A stretch of 64,000 nucleotides of DNA. Source: an uncultured Peptoniphilaceae bacterium. GTDB taxonomy: Bacteria; Bacillota; Clostridia; Tissierellales; Peptoniphilaceae. Below, piece after piece: positions 50,757 through 58,726 of this stretch. The notes beneath the pieces were generated by a model. The model made no database searches, had not been told where the DNA came from, and saw only the letters and a program-made list of their open reading frames with translations. The stretch spans positions 54,899 to 118,898 of the forward strand of contig CAYFMR010000003.1 of the NCBI GenBank assembly GCA_964344295.1. The letters are read 5' to 3'. Positions within the stretch are counted from its first letter, which is position 1; each line of letters starts with the position of its first letter. The position numbers and the translations under genes are program-made.

Positions 50757-50773
50757 TGTAACTTTTTTGTAAC
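50757..50773 (+). promoter_or_regulatory. WalR(YycF)-type binding site TGTAAC-N5-TGTAAC
   Basis: TGTAAC (50757-50762), TTTTT, TGTAAC (50768-50773). Perfect match to TGTWAH-N5-TGTWAH. Ends 6 nt upstream of the -35 of the NlpC/P60 gene. Confidence 0.55.
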
Positions 50774-50779
50774 TTTTGA

Positions 50780-50808
50780 TTGTTTTATGAACCCAAATAA
50801 GCTATAAT
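50780..50808 (+). promoter_or_regulatory. sigma-A-type promoter of the NlpC/P60 gene
   Basis: TTGTTT (50780-50785), 17-nt spacer, TATAAT (50803-50808). About 30 nt of leader with AAAGGAG before ATG 50840. Confidence 0.55.
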
Positions 50809-50839
50809 TGATTCAAATCCACTAAAAAGGAGTGTTAGC

Positions 50840-51982
50840 ATGAGTCATCAGTCAAGACGGTGGACCACCGGATTAGCCTTTCTGGCAGTGGTCGCACTAT
50901 TCGGCATGAAAGACACAGGTGTTTTCCTAAAAGACTATACCCCGGAAAACAGTGAGATTGCATATCATGAAACGCAGAAAGTTGAAATTAATAAAGAAGA
51001 TGAAAACTTCTTCTATATTGAAAATGATGGCGAAGTCGCCGTGCCGAAACAAGTTTTATTAAAGACCATGGAATCCGGTAAAGGGTTAGAGGCTAAAAAG
51101 CCGACTCGCCTTTATCAGTCCATCAACGGCGAAGTGATTCGCTTCGTCCTCAGCGATGAATTCGTAGAAATCATCGAAAAATCAGGGGATTACTATAAAG
51201 TGAAATCCTATGATGGAAAAATTGGGTTTGTCAGTGCTGCAGACATGAAGCCTGCCGACCGTGTCGTCAAGACCGAAGCTGTAGCCAAGACCAATAAGTT
51301 CTTAATGAACCATGATTTACTGTTGGAGCTAAAAAAAGGTGAAACAGTGCATGTCGTCGGTTATCAAAATGGTCAATTTGAATTGGTAGACCAATATGGT
51401 AATCTATTTATGGCAGCCGTTACCGATGTAGAGCTCAAGAATGCAGAGCCAGTTGTGGTCCAAACACCGCCAGCTCAACCGGAAACGGCAGCAGCAATTA
51501 ATCCTGATTTACGTCAGGCAGAAACTGTGAAACCCACTACAGGTGCAAAAGAAACGTCTGTGCCGAAAGTACCGGCAAAGATTCCCACAACGGCATCGGC
51601 CAAGGAAAAAGTCAATCATGCTATGCAGTATGCTAAGGCACAGTTAGATCGTCCTTATGTCTATGCTGATACCGGTAAAGCAGGTTATGATTGCTCTGGT
51701 TTCCTGTATGACATCTATGTCAATCAATTAAAAATGAATATTCACCGCAGTAGCTACGATCAAGTATTAGACGGAGTTGAGGTGGCAAGAGATGAGTTGC
51801 TTCCAGGTGATTTAGTGTTCTTTAACACAACGGATACGCCAAACTCTCACGTAGGTATGTACTTAGGTGACGATGAGTTTATCCATGCTTCCTCCGGCGG
51901 AGGACGAGTGATGATCTCTGGCTTATCCGAAGGATATTATAATGATCGTTACTCCACTGCACGTCGCGTTATTGTAGATTAA
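50840..51982 (+). CDS. SH3-domain / NlpC-P60 family peptidoglycan endopeptidase
   Basis: N-terminal signal anchor, two SH3b-like segments, a Pro/Thr/Ala linker, and a C-terminal NlpC/P60 domain with catalytic Cys (YDCSGFLYDIY) and His (SHVGMYLG...FIHAS). Confidence 0.88.
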   Translation: MSHQSRRWTTGLAFLAVVALFGMKDTGVFLKDYTPENSEIAYHETQKVEINKEDENFFYIENDGEVAVPKQVLLKTMESGKGLEAKKPTRLYQSINGEVIRFVLSDEFVEIIEKSGDYYKVKSYDGKIGFVSAADMKPADRVVKTEAVAKTNKFLMNHDLLLELKKGETVHVVGYQNGQFELVDQYGNLFMAAVTDVELKNAEPVVVQTPPAQPETAAAINPDLRQAETVKPTTGAKETSVPKVPAKIPTTASAKEKVNHAMQYAKAQLDRPYVYADTGKAGYDCSGFLYDIYVNQLKMNIHRSSYDQVLDGVEVARDELLPGDLVFFNTTDTPNSHVGMYLGDDEFIHASSGGGRVMISGLSEGYYNDRYSTARRVIVD

Positions 51983-51985
51983 TTT

Positions 51986-52018
51986 AAAAACTGTCAGACT
52001 TTGTCTGACAGTTTTTTT
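51986..52018 (+). terminator. intrinsic terminator
   Basis: CTGTCAGAC (51991-51999) pairs with GTCTGACAG (52003-52011), followed by T7. Confidence 0.85.
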
Positions 52019-52527
52019 ATGCCATAAGGCTTTTACGAATGATGTGGCCTTAGGGGGAACGAACATCAATGAGGCATCATTGGGCAGACCAAGATGGACT
52101 AAGCAAAGGAACGGATCAACCAAGGCGGTGGTAGTGGACGAGTCAGCGAACATGTGGATGGCGTTTTGGCTAGATCTTTGTGTGATGAGGGAAGAGTATG
52201 GGAAGGTCATTAACGCGATCCATCATGAAAGGACACATAGTGCAGACAATATCCTAGACCTGATTCGTGTCCCAATGGGCATGGAACTTGTTGGAATCAC
52301 ATGTTGGTATCTGATTATAGGCGGAGCCATCAAACGAAGAAGCATATGGGCGGATACGTCAATGTGTTTTTTGATGTAGCTTTGATGATTTGTAAGCAAC
52401 GGTTTAGCAGTGATTCGCAGAAGATGTTGGAGAAGCAAAAGGCGTATTTAAAAGAATAAAGAGATTTGCGACCGTGAAAAGAGGTAGGCGGCGAGTGATT
52501 TTGTCAAGGGAGTGTAAAGAGTTTTGA

Positions 52528-52556
52528 TTGCAGGAACGACCATTCGAAGGTATGAT
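52528..52556 (+). promoter_or_regulatory. candidate promoter of the flavoprotein gene
   Basis: TTGCAG (52528-52533), 17-nt spacer, TATGAT (52551-52556). AAGGAGG precedes ATG 52592. Confidence 0.45.
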
Positions 52557-52591
52557 TAAGTTACACTTATAACAAAGAAGGAGGAAGGAAT

Positions 52592-54607
52592 ATGAAACAA
52601 AAAAGAGTTTGGTTAGCGCTTTTCCTGTGTCTGGCAATGGTATTTTCCATGGCAGCTTGCGGGAAAGCCCCTGCTGAAACGGAAGAGCCCGCTGCTAGTG
52701 GCGACGGTTCCATGAAAGCAGGCACTTATACAGCTACCGTTAACGGTATGAACAATGAAATCAAAGTTGAAGTTGAGGTGTCAGAAGACGAAATCGTAGC
52801 TGTAAATGTATTAGAACACGAAGAAACTCCTGGCATTGGCGGTGAATTACACAACTTGAATGGAGATGTAGAATCTCATGGAATGGTAATTCCCGTGGTG
52901 ACTATCCCCGAACGCATTGTGGAAACACAAAGTTTAGACGTGGATAACGTAACCGGTGCTACCATCACCTCTGCAGCCATTAAAAGCGCTGTAGCTGATT
53001 GTTTGAAGCAAGCTGGTGCAGATCCTGAAGCATGGAAAGTAGAAGTAGCCACAGACCAAAATGTGGAAGATATGGAAGCTGACGTTGTAGTCGTCGGTGG
53101 TGGTGGGGCCGGCTTAGCCGCTGCTATCGCTGCTGCACAACAAGATAAATCCGTTATCGTCATTGAGAAAAACGGTTCCATTGGAGGGGACACCTTGGTA
53201 TGTGGTGCGATCTACAACACGCCTGATCCGGAATTACAAAGCCAAGTCGAAATGACCGAACCGGTTAAGCAAACGTTGGAAAGTGCATTAGCTGAAGAAG
53301 CTGTCAGTGAAGAACATGCAGCTTTAATCGGCGAGGTCCAAGCTCAATGGGATGCTTACAAAGCCGAAGGTCGTACAGATCTATTTGACTCTCCTGAATG
53401 GTATGCTTTGCAAACCTGGATTAACGGGGATAAAGTCGGTAATTTGGATTTAGTAAAAGTTCTATGCCAGAATTCTTTCCCGGGTTATGAATGGATTGAA
53501 TCTTTAGGCATGAAATTTGCCGACCACATTAGCCAAGGTGCAGGCTCCTTGTGGCAAAGAACGCACACCAGTACACTACCCATGGGTACAGGTTTCTTCG
53601 CGACTTATGGTGAGCAATTAGGTGAACTGAGTGATAAGATTACTGTGGTTAACGAATGTACTGCCAAATCCTTAGTCGTAGACGGCGACCGTGTAACAGG
53701 TGTGGTGGTAGAAGGAAATCACTCCAAGCAAGAGGCAACCATTAGCGCACAAGACGGCGTTATCCTATCTACCGGTGGATTTGCTGCCAACAGTGCCATG
53801 GTACAAGAGTATAATACGTCCGGCAAATGGGCTGACCTATCTGGTGTGGCTACGACTAACCGCTTCTCTTGCTCTCAAGGGGACGGTATTGTGATGGCTA
53901 AAGATGCCGGTGCATCTTTAACTGATATGGAGCAAATCCAATTGCTATACTTAGGTAACTTAGTAGATGGTCAATTAACGAAGATGCCGAAACGTACAGT
54001 GAACGGCACAGACCAATTGATCTTTGTCAACAAAGACGGAGAACGTTTCGTACGTGAAGACGGTCGTCGCGACCAAATTTGCCTAGCTGTTATGGAACAA
54101 CCCGATGCCATGTTCTACTTCTTAGAAAGCGGTGATGGCGAAGGTTATGAAGACATTACTAGCCCCGAATGGAGATCTGCTGACGGATTTACCTTTGACT
54201 ACTTAAAAGACAATGGTTACATCTTAGTGGCAGATACCCTGGAAGATATGGCAGAACAAATTGGCTGTGATGTGGAAACCTTGAAAGCAACGGTTGATAC
54301 CTTTAATGGTTCTGTAGATAACGGCGAAGACGAATACGGCCGCACCTTATACTCTACGAAACTAGAAAATGGTCCTTGGGTTGCGACTCCTCGTCAAGCT
54401 TGTATCCACCACACGATGGGTGGGGTTACCATTGACTCAGAAGCCCGCGTGCTTTCTGAAGCTGGAGAACCAATCCCCGGATTATATGCAGCTGGCGAAG
54501 TCACCGGTGGCATCCACGGTGGTAACCGCTTAGGCGGAAACGCTGTGGTAGACACAGTAGTCTTTGGGAAACTTGCTGCTGATACCCTGGTTCAAGACGC
54601 GCAATAA
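52592..54607 (+). CDS. lipoprotein flavoenzyme: FMN_bind domain fused to an FAD-dependent fumarate-reductase/flavocytochrome-c-like oxidoreductase domain (no heme domain)
   Basis: Lipobox FSMAAC (Cys23). FMN_bind domain with flavinylation-type motif DNVTGAT (aa 118-124, nt 52943-52963). Dinucleotide fold DVVVVGGGGAGLAAA. C-terminal HHTMGGV..., LYAAGEVTGGIHGGNRLGGNA. Confidence 0.85.
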   Translation: MKQKRVWLALFLCLAMVFSMAACGKAPAETEEPAASGDGSMKAGTYTATVNGMNNEIKVEVEVSEDEIVAVNVLEHEETPGIGGELHNLNGDVESHGMVIPVVTIPERIVETQSLDVDNVTGATITSAAIKSAVADCLKQAGADPEAWKVEVATDQNVEDMEADVVVVGGGGAGLAAAIAAAQQDKSVIVIEKNGSIGGDTLVCGAIYNTPDPELQSQVEMTEPVKQTLESALAEEAVSEEHAALIGEVQAQWDAYKAEGRTDLFDSPEWYALQTWINGDKVGNLDLVKVLCQNSFPGYEWIESLGMKFADHISQGAGSLWQRTHTSTLPMGTGFFATYGEQLGELSDKITVVNECTAKSLVVDGDRVTGVVVEGNHSKQEATISAQDGVILSTGGFAANSAMVQEYNTSGKWADLSGVATTNRFSCSQGDGIVMAKDAGASLTDMEQIQLLYLGNLVDGQLTKMPKRTVNGTDQLIFVNKDGERFVREDGRRDQICLAVMEQPDAMFYFLESGDGEGYEDITSPEWRSADGFTFDYLKDNGYILVADTLEDMAEQIGCDVETLKATVDTFNGSVDNGEDEYGRTLYSTKLENGPWVATPRQACIHHTMGGVTIDSEARVLSEAGEPIPGLYAAGEVTGGIHGGNRLGGNAVVDTVVFGKLAADTLVQDAQ

Positions 54608-54645
54608 TCTGACATGGATGAGATGCAGAAGGCATTTCATCGCAT

Positions 54646-54689
54646 AAAAAAAGAGGAAGTATCCTGATGGGATGCTTCCTCTTTTTTTA
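54646..54689 (+). terminator. intrinsic terminator
   Basis: AGAGGAAGTATCC (54652-54664) pairs with GGATGCTTCCTCT (54670-54682), followed by T7. Confidence 0.8.
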
Positions 54690-54787
54690 TATCACAAGGA
54701 GTGCATCAAAACAGAGAATTTTATGGTGGCAACGGCAAGGCATGAAAGACTAATGTAAAAAGAATTCAAAATTTTCTCGATTTGTAC

Positions 54788-54816
54788 TTGACAATTTTCT
54801 ATGATTTTGGCATACT
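54788..54816 (+). promoter_or_regulatory. promoter of the tRNA pair
   Basis: Consensus TTGACA (54788-54793), 17-nt spacer, TGgCATACT (-10 at 54811-54816). Confidence 0.55.
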
Positions 54817-54833
54817 ATATAGGTACCGCGTTG

Positions 54834-54908
54834 GCGGAAGTGGCTCAGTGGTAGAGCATCGCCTTGCCAAGGCGAGGGTCGCGAGTTCGAATCTCGTCTT
54901 CCGCTCCA
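54834..54908 (+). tRNA. tRNA-Gly (anticodon GCC), CCA encoded
   Basis: Hand-folded cloverleaf. Acceptor GCGGAAG/CTTCCGC, anticodon stem TCGCC/GGCGA with loop TTGCCAA, T-loop TTCGAAT. Confidence 0.93.
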
Positions 54909-54912
54909 ATAC

Positions 54913-54989
54913 GTACCATTAGCTCAGCTGGATAGAGCGTCTGGCTACGGACCAGAAGGTCAGGGGTTCAAATCCTCTATGGTACGCCA
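54913..54989 (+). tRNA. tRNA-Arg (anticodon ACG), CCA encoded
   Basis: Acceptor GTACCAT/ATGGTAC, D-arm GCTC-AGCTGGATA-GAGC, anticodon stem TCTGG/CCAGA with loop CTACGGA, T-loop TTCAAAT. Confidence 0.93.
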
Positions 54990-54991
54990 GC

Positions 54992-55028
54992 AAAAAGCCC
55001 AGGAATTACACATTCCCGGGCTTTTTTC
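54992..55028 (+). terminator. intrinsic terminator after the tRNA pair
   Basis: AGCCCAGG...CCCGGGCT hairpin (one mismatch) followed by T6. Confidence 0.7.
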
Positions 55029-55178
55029 TATGCCTAAATTTTGTGAAAATTCCCCTCAATTTGCCTGAATTTGTGGCGGTAATATACAAATTATCGCAGG
55101 ATAGCAGGAGTTTTTTATACCTTATTTTCTCAAAATATGAATATGAAATTTACGGAGGTGCATAGGTGGATTGGTTGG

Positions 55179-55811
55179 CTAGGGCTGGTTTTTGTGGATT
55201 TTACCCAATCCATGGGAAAGAGCAAATCGGGTAGCTTCGACACGATTTTGCACTTGAATACGAGCATAAAGGCGTGTCAGGTTATTTTTAATGGTTTTCT
55301 CTGCGAGGTAAAGCTTGTCGCCGATTTCGCGATTGGTCAATCCTTGGGCTAAAAGGGAAAGAAGTTCTCGATCTCGGGGACTAAGGTCGAAATTACCGAC
55401 ACTTTTGATTTCTTTCCAGGGGGTTTTCATGGTCTGTCGGGTAGCTTCTGTTGGTTGCAGATCTTCAAGTAAAACGTTTAAATCGACCTCTGAGGCCGTT
55501 TTAGAAAGAACGTGATGGCAGCGGACGGAAGAGAGGTTAACATGCTTAAGAAAAGCAGTTTCTGGCGTGGTGAGTACCAGCGTACATAGTGGGTAATGGC
55601 TGAGGATGTGGTTTAAATGGTCCGGCTGGGTGACGGCAATAAAGAGATCCACAAAAAGAATGAGTGGGTCATCACTGGTAGCATAATGAGAAATGGGATC
55701 CAGTTCTGAAAAGACTAAGGTTTGGTAAGAACTCATTCGCATGCGAATGAGCTCTTTAAGCCCATAGCCATAGATGGGGTAGGGATCGACGATAAAGATT
55801 AAGGGTTTCAT
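55179..55811 (-). CDS. orphan NarL/LuxR-family response regulator with atypical receiver
   Basis: C-terminal LuxR HTH (LSPRDRELLSLLAQGLTNREIGDKLYLAEKTIKNNLT). The receiver keeps the putative phospho-Asp (LFVDL), Thr (LTT) and Lys (LSK) but has VDP instead of the usual VDD. The ATG overlaps the stop of the lipid kinase gene (ATGA). Confidence 0.8.
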   Translation of the reverse strand: MKPLIFIVDPYPIYGYGLKELIRMRMSSYQTLVFSELDPISHYATSDDPLILFVDLFIAVTQPDHLNHILSHYPLCTLVLTTPETAFLKHVNLSSVRCHHVLSKTASEVDLNVLLEDLQPTEATRQTMKTPWKEIKSVGNFDLSPRDRELLSLLAQGLTNREIGDKLYLAEKTIKNNLTRLYARIQVQNRVEATRFALSHGLGKIHKNQP

Positions 55812-56713
55812 ACATCCTCCTTTGCGGGTACACAAAGGTTGATCGCTCCGGGCAAGACCTTAAAATGACCAGGCAGGGGATCGCCTTTTTCGCCATCTAA
55901 GTCAACGTATAAGGGTTGGTCGGCAACGACGGATAGTTCGCTCGTTTTAAAATATAAAATCGGATCCTGTTTGATGTGTTGACCGGCGATGCTGGTGATC
56001 ATCACGGGACCTAGCTCGGCATAGTTTGTGGCCTTGACAATCAATACATCGAATAACCCATCGTTCACTTCCGCCAAGGGGGCAATGCGCTTAATGCCAC
56101 CGACGGATTTGGAATTGGAAATGAGCATAACAAGAGCGTCTACCTCACCGGTAAACTCTTTAGATGTGATTTGAAAGCGTATGGGGGGTGAGGGGTTGGT
56201 TAATTCTGATAAGAGTCTTCTGGCGCCTTCTGCATAGTATGCAGCACGTCCCCAGATGGCCTTCAAATCATCGTCTACTTCATAGGCAATTTCGGTCAAC
56301 AAACCAGCAGCAGCTACATTGATAAAGTAGTGATCGTTCCAGCAACCCACGTCCGTTTGAAGGGTGTTACCTTTGGCTATCATTTGAAAAAATTCGTCGG
56401 GATGGCGAGGAAGCTGCATAAAACCAGCAAAGTCGTTGACTGTGCCCTGGGAGAGGATGGCCAGTTTCGCACGACTTTTGGTTCTCATCATACCTTGAAC
56501 GACTTCATTTACTGTGCCATCGCCACCGGAGACGATGATGAGCTCGGCATCTTGCGCTTCCATAACCATTTCCATGGCATGGCCGCCATAATAAGTGTAG
56601 TTGCGTTCTACTTTATAGCCATGGGAATGCAAGAGGTAGATGATGCGGTCAATTTTTGCATCGGCAGTTTGTCGTCCCGAGGAAGGGTTTACAATGAATT
56701 TGCATTTTGTCAT
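55808..56713 (-). CDS. diacylglycerol-kinase-family lipid kinase (YegS/BmrU/DagK-like)
   Basis: NPSSGR and SGGDGTVNEV motifs of the DAGK catalytic domain. Start ATG 56713 after GGAGG. Confidence 0.85.
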   Translation of the reverse strand: MTKCKFIVNPSSGRQTADAKIDRIIYLLHSHGYKVERNYTYYGGHAMEMVMEAQDAELIIVSGGDGTVNEVVQGMMRTKSRAKLAILSQGTVNDFAGFMQLPRHPDEFFQMIAKGNTLQTDVGCWNDHYFINVAAAGLLTEIAYEVDDDLKAIWGRAAYYAEGARRLLSELTNPSPPIRFQITSKEFTGEVDALVMLISNSKSVGGIKRIAPLAEVNDGLFDVLIVKATNYAELGPVMITSIAGQHIKQDPILYFKTSELSVVADQPLYVDLDGEKGDPLPGHFKVLPGAINLCVPAKEDV

Positions 56714-56732
56714 GCTTACCTCCAAGAACAAT

Positions 56733-56758
56733 AAAGTCTCGCCCAGGGGCGAGACTTT
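56733..56758 (-). terminator. strong hairpin between the DUF948 gene and the lipid kinase gene (weak terminator, attenuator or RNA stability element)
   Basis: AAAGTCTCGCC / GGCGAGACTTT, 11-12 bp stem. On the minus strand it is followed only by ATTGTTCTT, and then immediately by the kinase SD. Confidence 0.45.
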
Positions 56759-56762
56759 CATC

Positions 56763-57290
56763 TTATTTCGTCAGTAGGTCGCGCAATACGCTGGCGGCTT
56801 CTTGTATGATGCGGAAAGTATTTGATTTCGGCTTAACTTTAAAGCCTAGCAACGAATTGACTCTGTCACGGGCGTTGTCTGTCACGTTGGTGACGGCATA
56901 GTTGACGGAATCGGCTATGTTGGCAATACTGCCTCCCACTGCGTCTGAGGTGTCTGTCACTAAAGTGGCAATGTGAGAGATCGAACCGGTCACTTTGTTA
57001 ATGCTGGTGACCATGCCGGCCACCTCAGGCTTAATCAGGTTTAGGGTTTCTTGTACGTCCTTGGTGATCCCAGCCACGTCGTGGGTAATGACGTTGACGT
57101 TGTTGGTAATGCCTGGCAGAGATTTGATTACAGAATCGATTTCGGGCTCATTGCGTTTGGCCAGTTCCTGCACATTTTTGGTGAGCTGGTATACATTTTT
57201 GAGTACTAAAGCCAAATAGATGAGCACGATAATGCCGGCAATGGAAAGCAGGATCGAAAAGACATCTGCTAAAGTTATGGCACCGTTCAT
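56763..57290 (-). CDS. DUF948-like membrane-anchored coiled-coil protein
   Basis: One N-terminal TM, then a low-complexity repeat-like helical region (..VITHDVAGITKDV.., ..VTDTSDAVGGSIANIADSV..). Confidence 0.65.
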   Translation of the reverse strand: MNGAITLADVFSILLSIAGIIVLIYLALVLKNVYQLTKNVQELAKRNEPEIDSVIKSLPGITNNVNVITHDVAGITKDVQETLNLIKPEVAGMVTSINKVTGSISHIATLVTDTSDAVGGSIANIADSVNYAVTNVTDNARDRVNSLLGFKVKPKSNTFRIIQEAASVLRDLLTK

Positions 57291-57330
57291 ATCGTATCCT
57301 TTCTGTCTTTCACTTTAAGGCGTGATGAAT

Positions 57331-57747
57331 TTATTTTTCAGCTTCTTCCACGGCATCTTCCAGCGTGTCAGCTGCATCATCTTTAGCGGCTTTCAAGTCT
57401 TTTTGAACTTCTTTGCCACCTTCTTTGAGGGCTTTAGATACACGTTGAGCACGATCTTTTACATCATCTACATTATTGGAGATGCTTTGACGAAGTTCAT
57501 CGGCATGATAGGATGCTTTTTCGGCGACATCATTGGCAGTTTTGATCACTTGATCTTTGACTTCACGGCCTTTGTTAGCAATGTCTTCACGAGTTTCATA
57601 ACCGGCTTGGGGAGCCAATAAAATACCAAGAGCAGCTCCGATGGTAGCTCCTAAAGCAAGGCCTGCACCAACTTTGGTGGCATCTTCTATGCGGCGTTCT
57701 CTTTCAATTTTACGTCTTTTGTTTTCAATTAATTCAATAATCATCAT
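57331..57747 (-). CDS. YtxH-domain protein (general-stress type)
   Basis: GAGLALGATIGAALGILLAPQAGYETRED matches the YtxH signature (G-rich helix followed by AP.SG.ETR). Lys/Asp/Glu-rich helical tail. Confidence 0.75.
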   Translation of the reverse strand: MMIIELIENKRRKIERERRIEDATKVGAGLALGATIGAALGILLAPQAGYETREDIANKGREVKDQVIKTANDVAEKASYHADELRQSISNNVDDVKDRAQRVSKALKEGGKEVQKDLKAAKDDAADTLEDAVEEAEK

Positions 57748-57817
57748 TATGTCCCTCCTAAATATGAGATTAGCTTATTGTCTTATATTACCCGGAAATG
57801 ATGAGATTAAACGAGAT

Positions 57818-57846
57818 TTGCAATTTCAAGCTAAAAAAACTATAAT
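57818..57846 (+). promoter_or_regulatory. sigma-A-type promoter of the PHP phosphatase gene
   Basis: TTGCAA (57818-57823), 17-nt spacer, TATAAT (57841-57846). Confidence 0.6.
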
Positions 57847-57882
57847 GGGGATCACGAGTTAGCAATAAAAAAAGGAGTTATT

Positions 57883-58683
57883 ATGTTCGATTTACATAGC
57901 CATTCTGAATTTTCTCCGGACGGGTCGTATCCCATGACAGCGATTCGTGACGAGGCACGACTTAGAGGGATCCGGGTTATGGCCATCACCGACCATGCGG
58001 ACTTTGATGTGATGAGCCGTCCGGAGCAAAGTCCCTTGGATCTTTCAGCCTATCACCAGTCGTTTCAAAAGATGATGGAAACAAAACGACAAGGAGATCC
58101 GGAGTGCCTATTAGGTATCGAGTTGGGACTAATACAGTACGCTTCGCAAGAGAATCAGAGGATGGTATGCCAACTACCCTTTGATATCATTATAGGATCG
58201 GTTCACAACTTATACAACTTTGATATCAACCGCAATCCCATGGTCAAATGGGTGGACAACCAGGTGGGTATGATCGATTACTACCGAGAAATCTGGTGCA
58301 ACCTGAAGACGTTTCGCGATTTTGACACTTTGGGTCATATGGATTACATCGATCGCATTTATCCCCATGTGGAAGACATTCCTGACTTTTCCAGTTATCG
58401 CATGAGTGTGGAAGCGGTGCTAAAGCTGCTTATCAAATATGATATTGCGCTGGAAGTGAATACGGCGGGGTTGCGCAGAAGGTTGGGGCGTACTCATCCC
58501 AAGCGCGAGATATTAGAGCTCTATCGGGACTTAGGCGGTAAAATGCTGACCGTGGGGTCTGATGCTCACCGATTGCAGGATGTGGGCGCCGGGATCGAGG
58601 AAGCGTTGGAGTTGATTCGTGAGGTGGGATTTACCTCTGTATTTACATTTCGCAAGCGAGTGCCCGTGGAATGGGGCATATAA
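57883..58683 (+). CDS. PHP-family histidinol-phosphatase-like protein (HisJ/HisK family)
   Basis: MFDLHSHSEFSPDG N-terminus, ITDHADF, later GSVH, GHMDY and SDAH metal ligands. Confidence 0.8.
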   Translation: MFDLHSHSEFSPDGSYPMTAIRDEARLRGIRVMAITDHADFDVMSRPEQSPLDLSAYHQSFQKMMETKRQGDPECLLGIELGLIQYASQENQRMVCQLPFDIIIGSVHNLYNFDINRNPMVKWVDNQVGMIDYYREIWCNLKTFRDFDTLGHMDYIDRIYPHVEDIPDFSSYRMSVEAVLKLLIKYDIALEVNTAGLRRRLGRTHPKREILELYRDLGGKMLTVGSDAHRLQDVGAGIEEALELIREVGFTSVFTFRKRVPVEWGI

Positions 58684-58711
58684 GAGAAGCTAGAAGGCTT
58701 CTCTTTTTTTA
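58683..58711 (+). terminator. intrinsic terminator
   Basis: AGAGAAGC (58683-58690) pairs with GCTTCTCT (58697-58704), followed by T6. Confidence 0.75.
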
Positions 58712-58726
58712 TGTGTTGTTTAACGA

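Noticed and set aside
50538-50839. Possible c-di-AMP (ydaO-type) riboswitch upstream of the NlpC/P60 gene, as seen for some wall hydrolases
   Set aside because: I found none of the conserved ydaO core elements (ACGGGGA and GGGUGAAUC-type blocks). The mapped promoter leaves only about 30 nt of leader.
52126-52136. GGTGGTAGTGG, which resembles the T-box core GGTGGTACCGCG
   Set aside because: No specifier hairpin, no AGAGA/GA motif and no terminator/antiterminator pair follow it. The downstream gene is not an amino-acid-related gene.
52044-52379. 111-aa GTG-initiated ORF in the unassigned region upstream of the flavoprotein gene
   Set aside because: It has no SD, no recognisable motif and an odd composition (Trp/Met/Cys-rich). 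It is kept only as part of the unassigned-region finding.
54990-55178. Possible integration site or genomic island downstream of tRNA-Arg
   Set aside because: I found no integrase, no direct repeat of the tRNA 3' end and no phage or IS genes in the following 9 kb.
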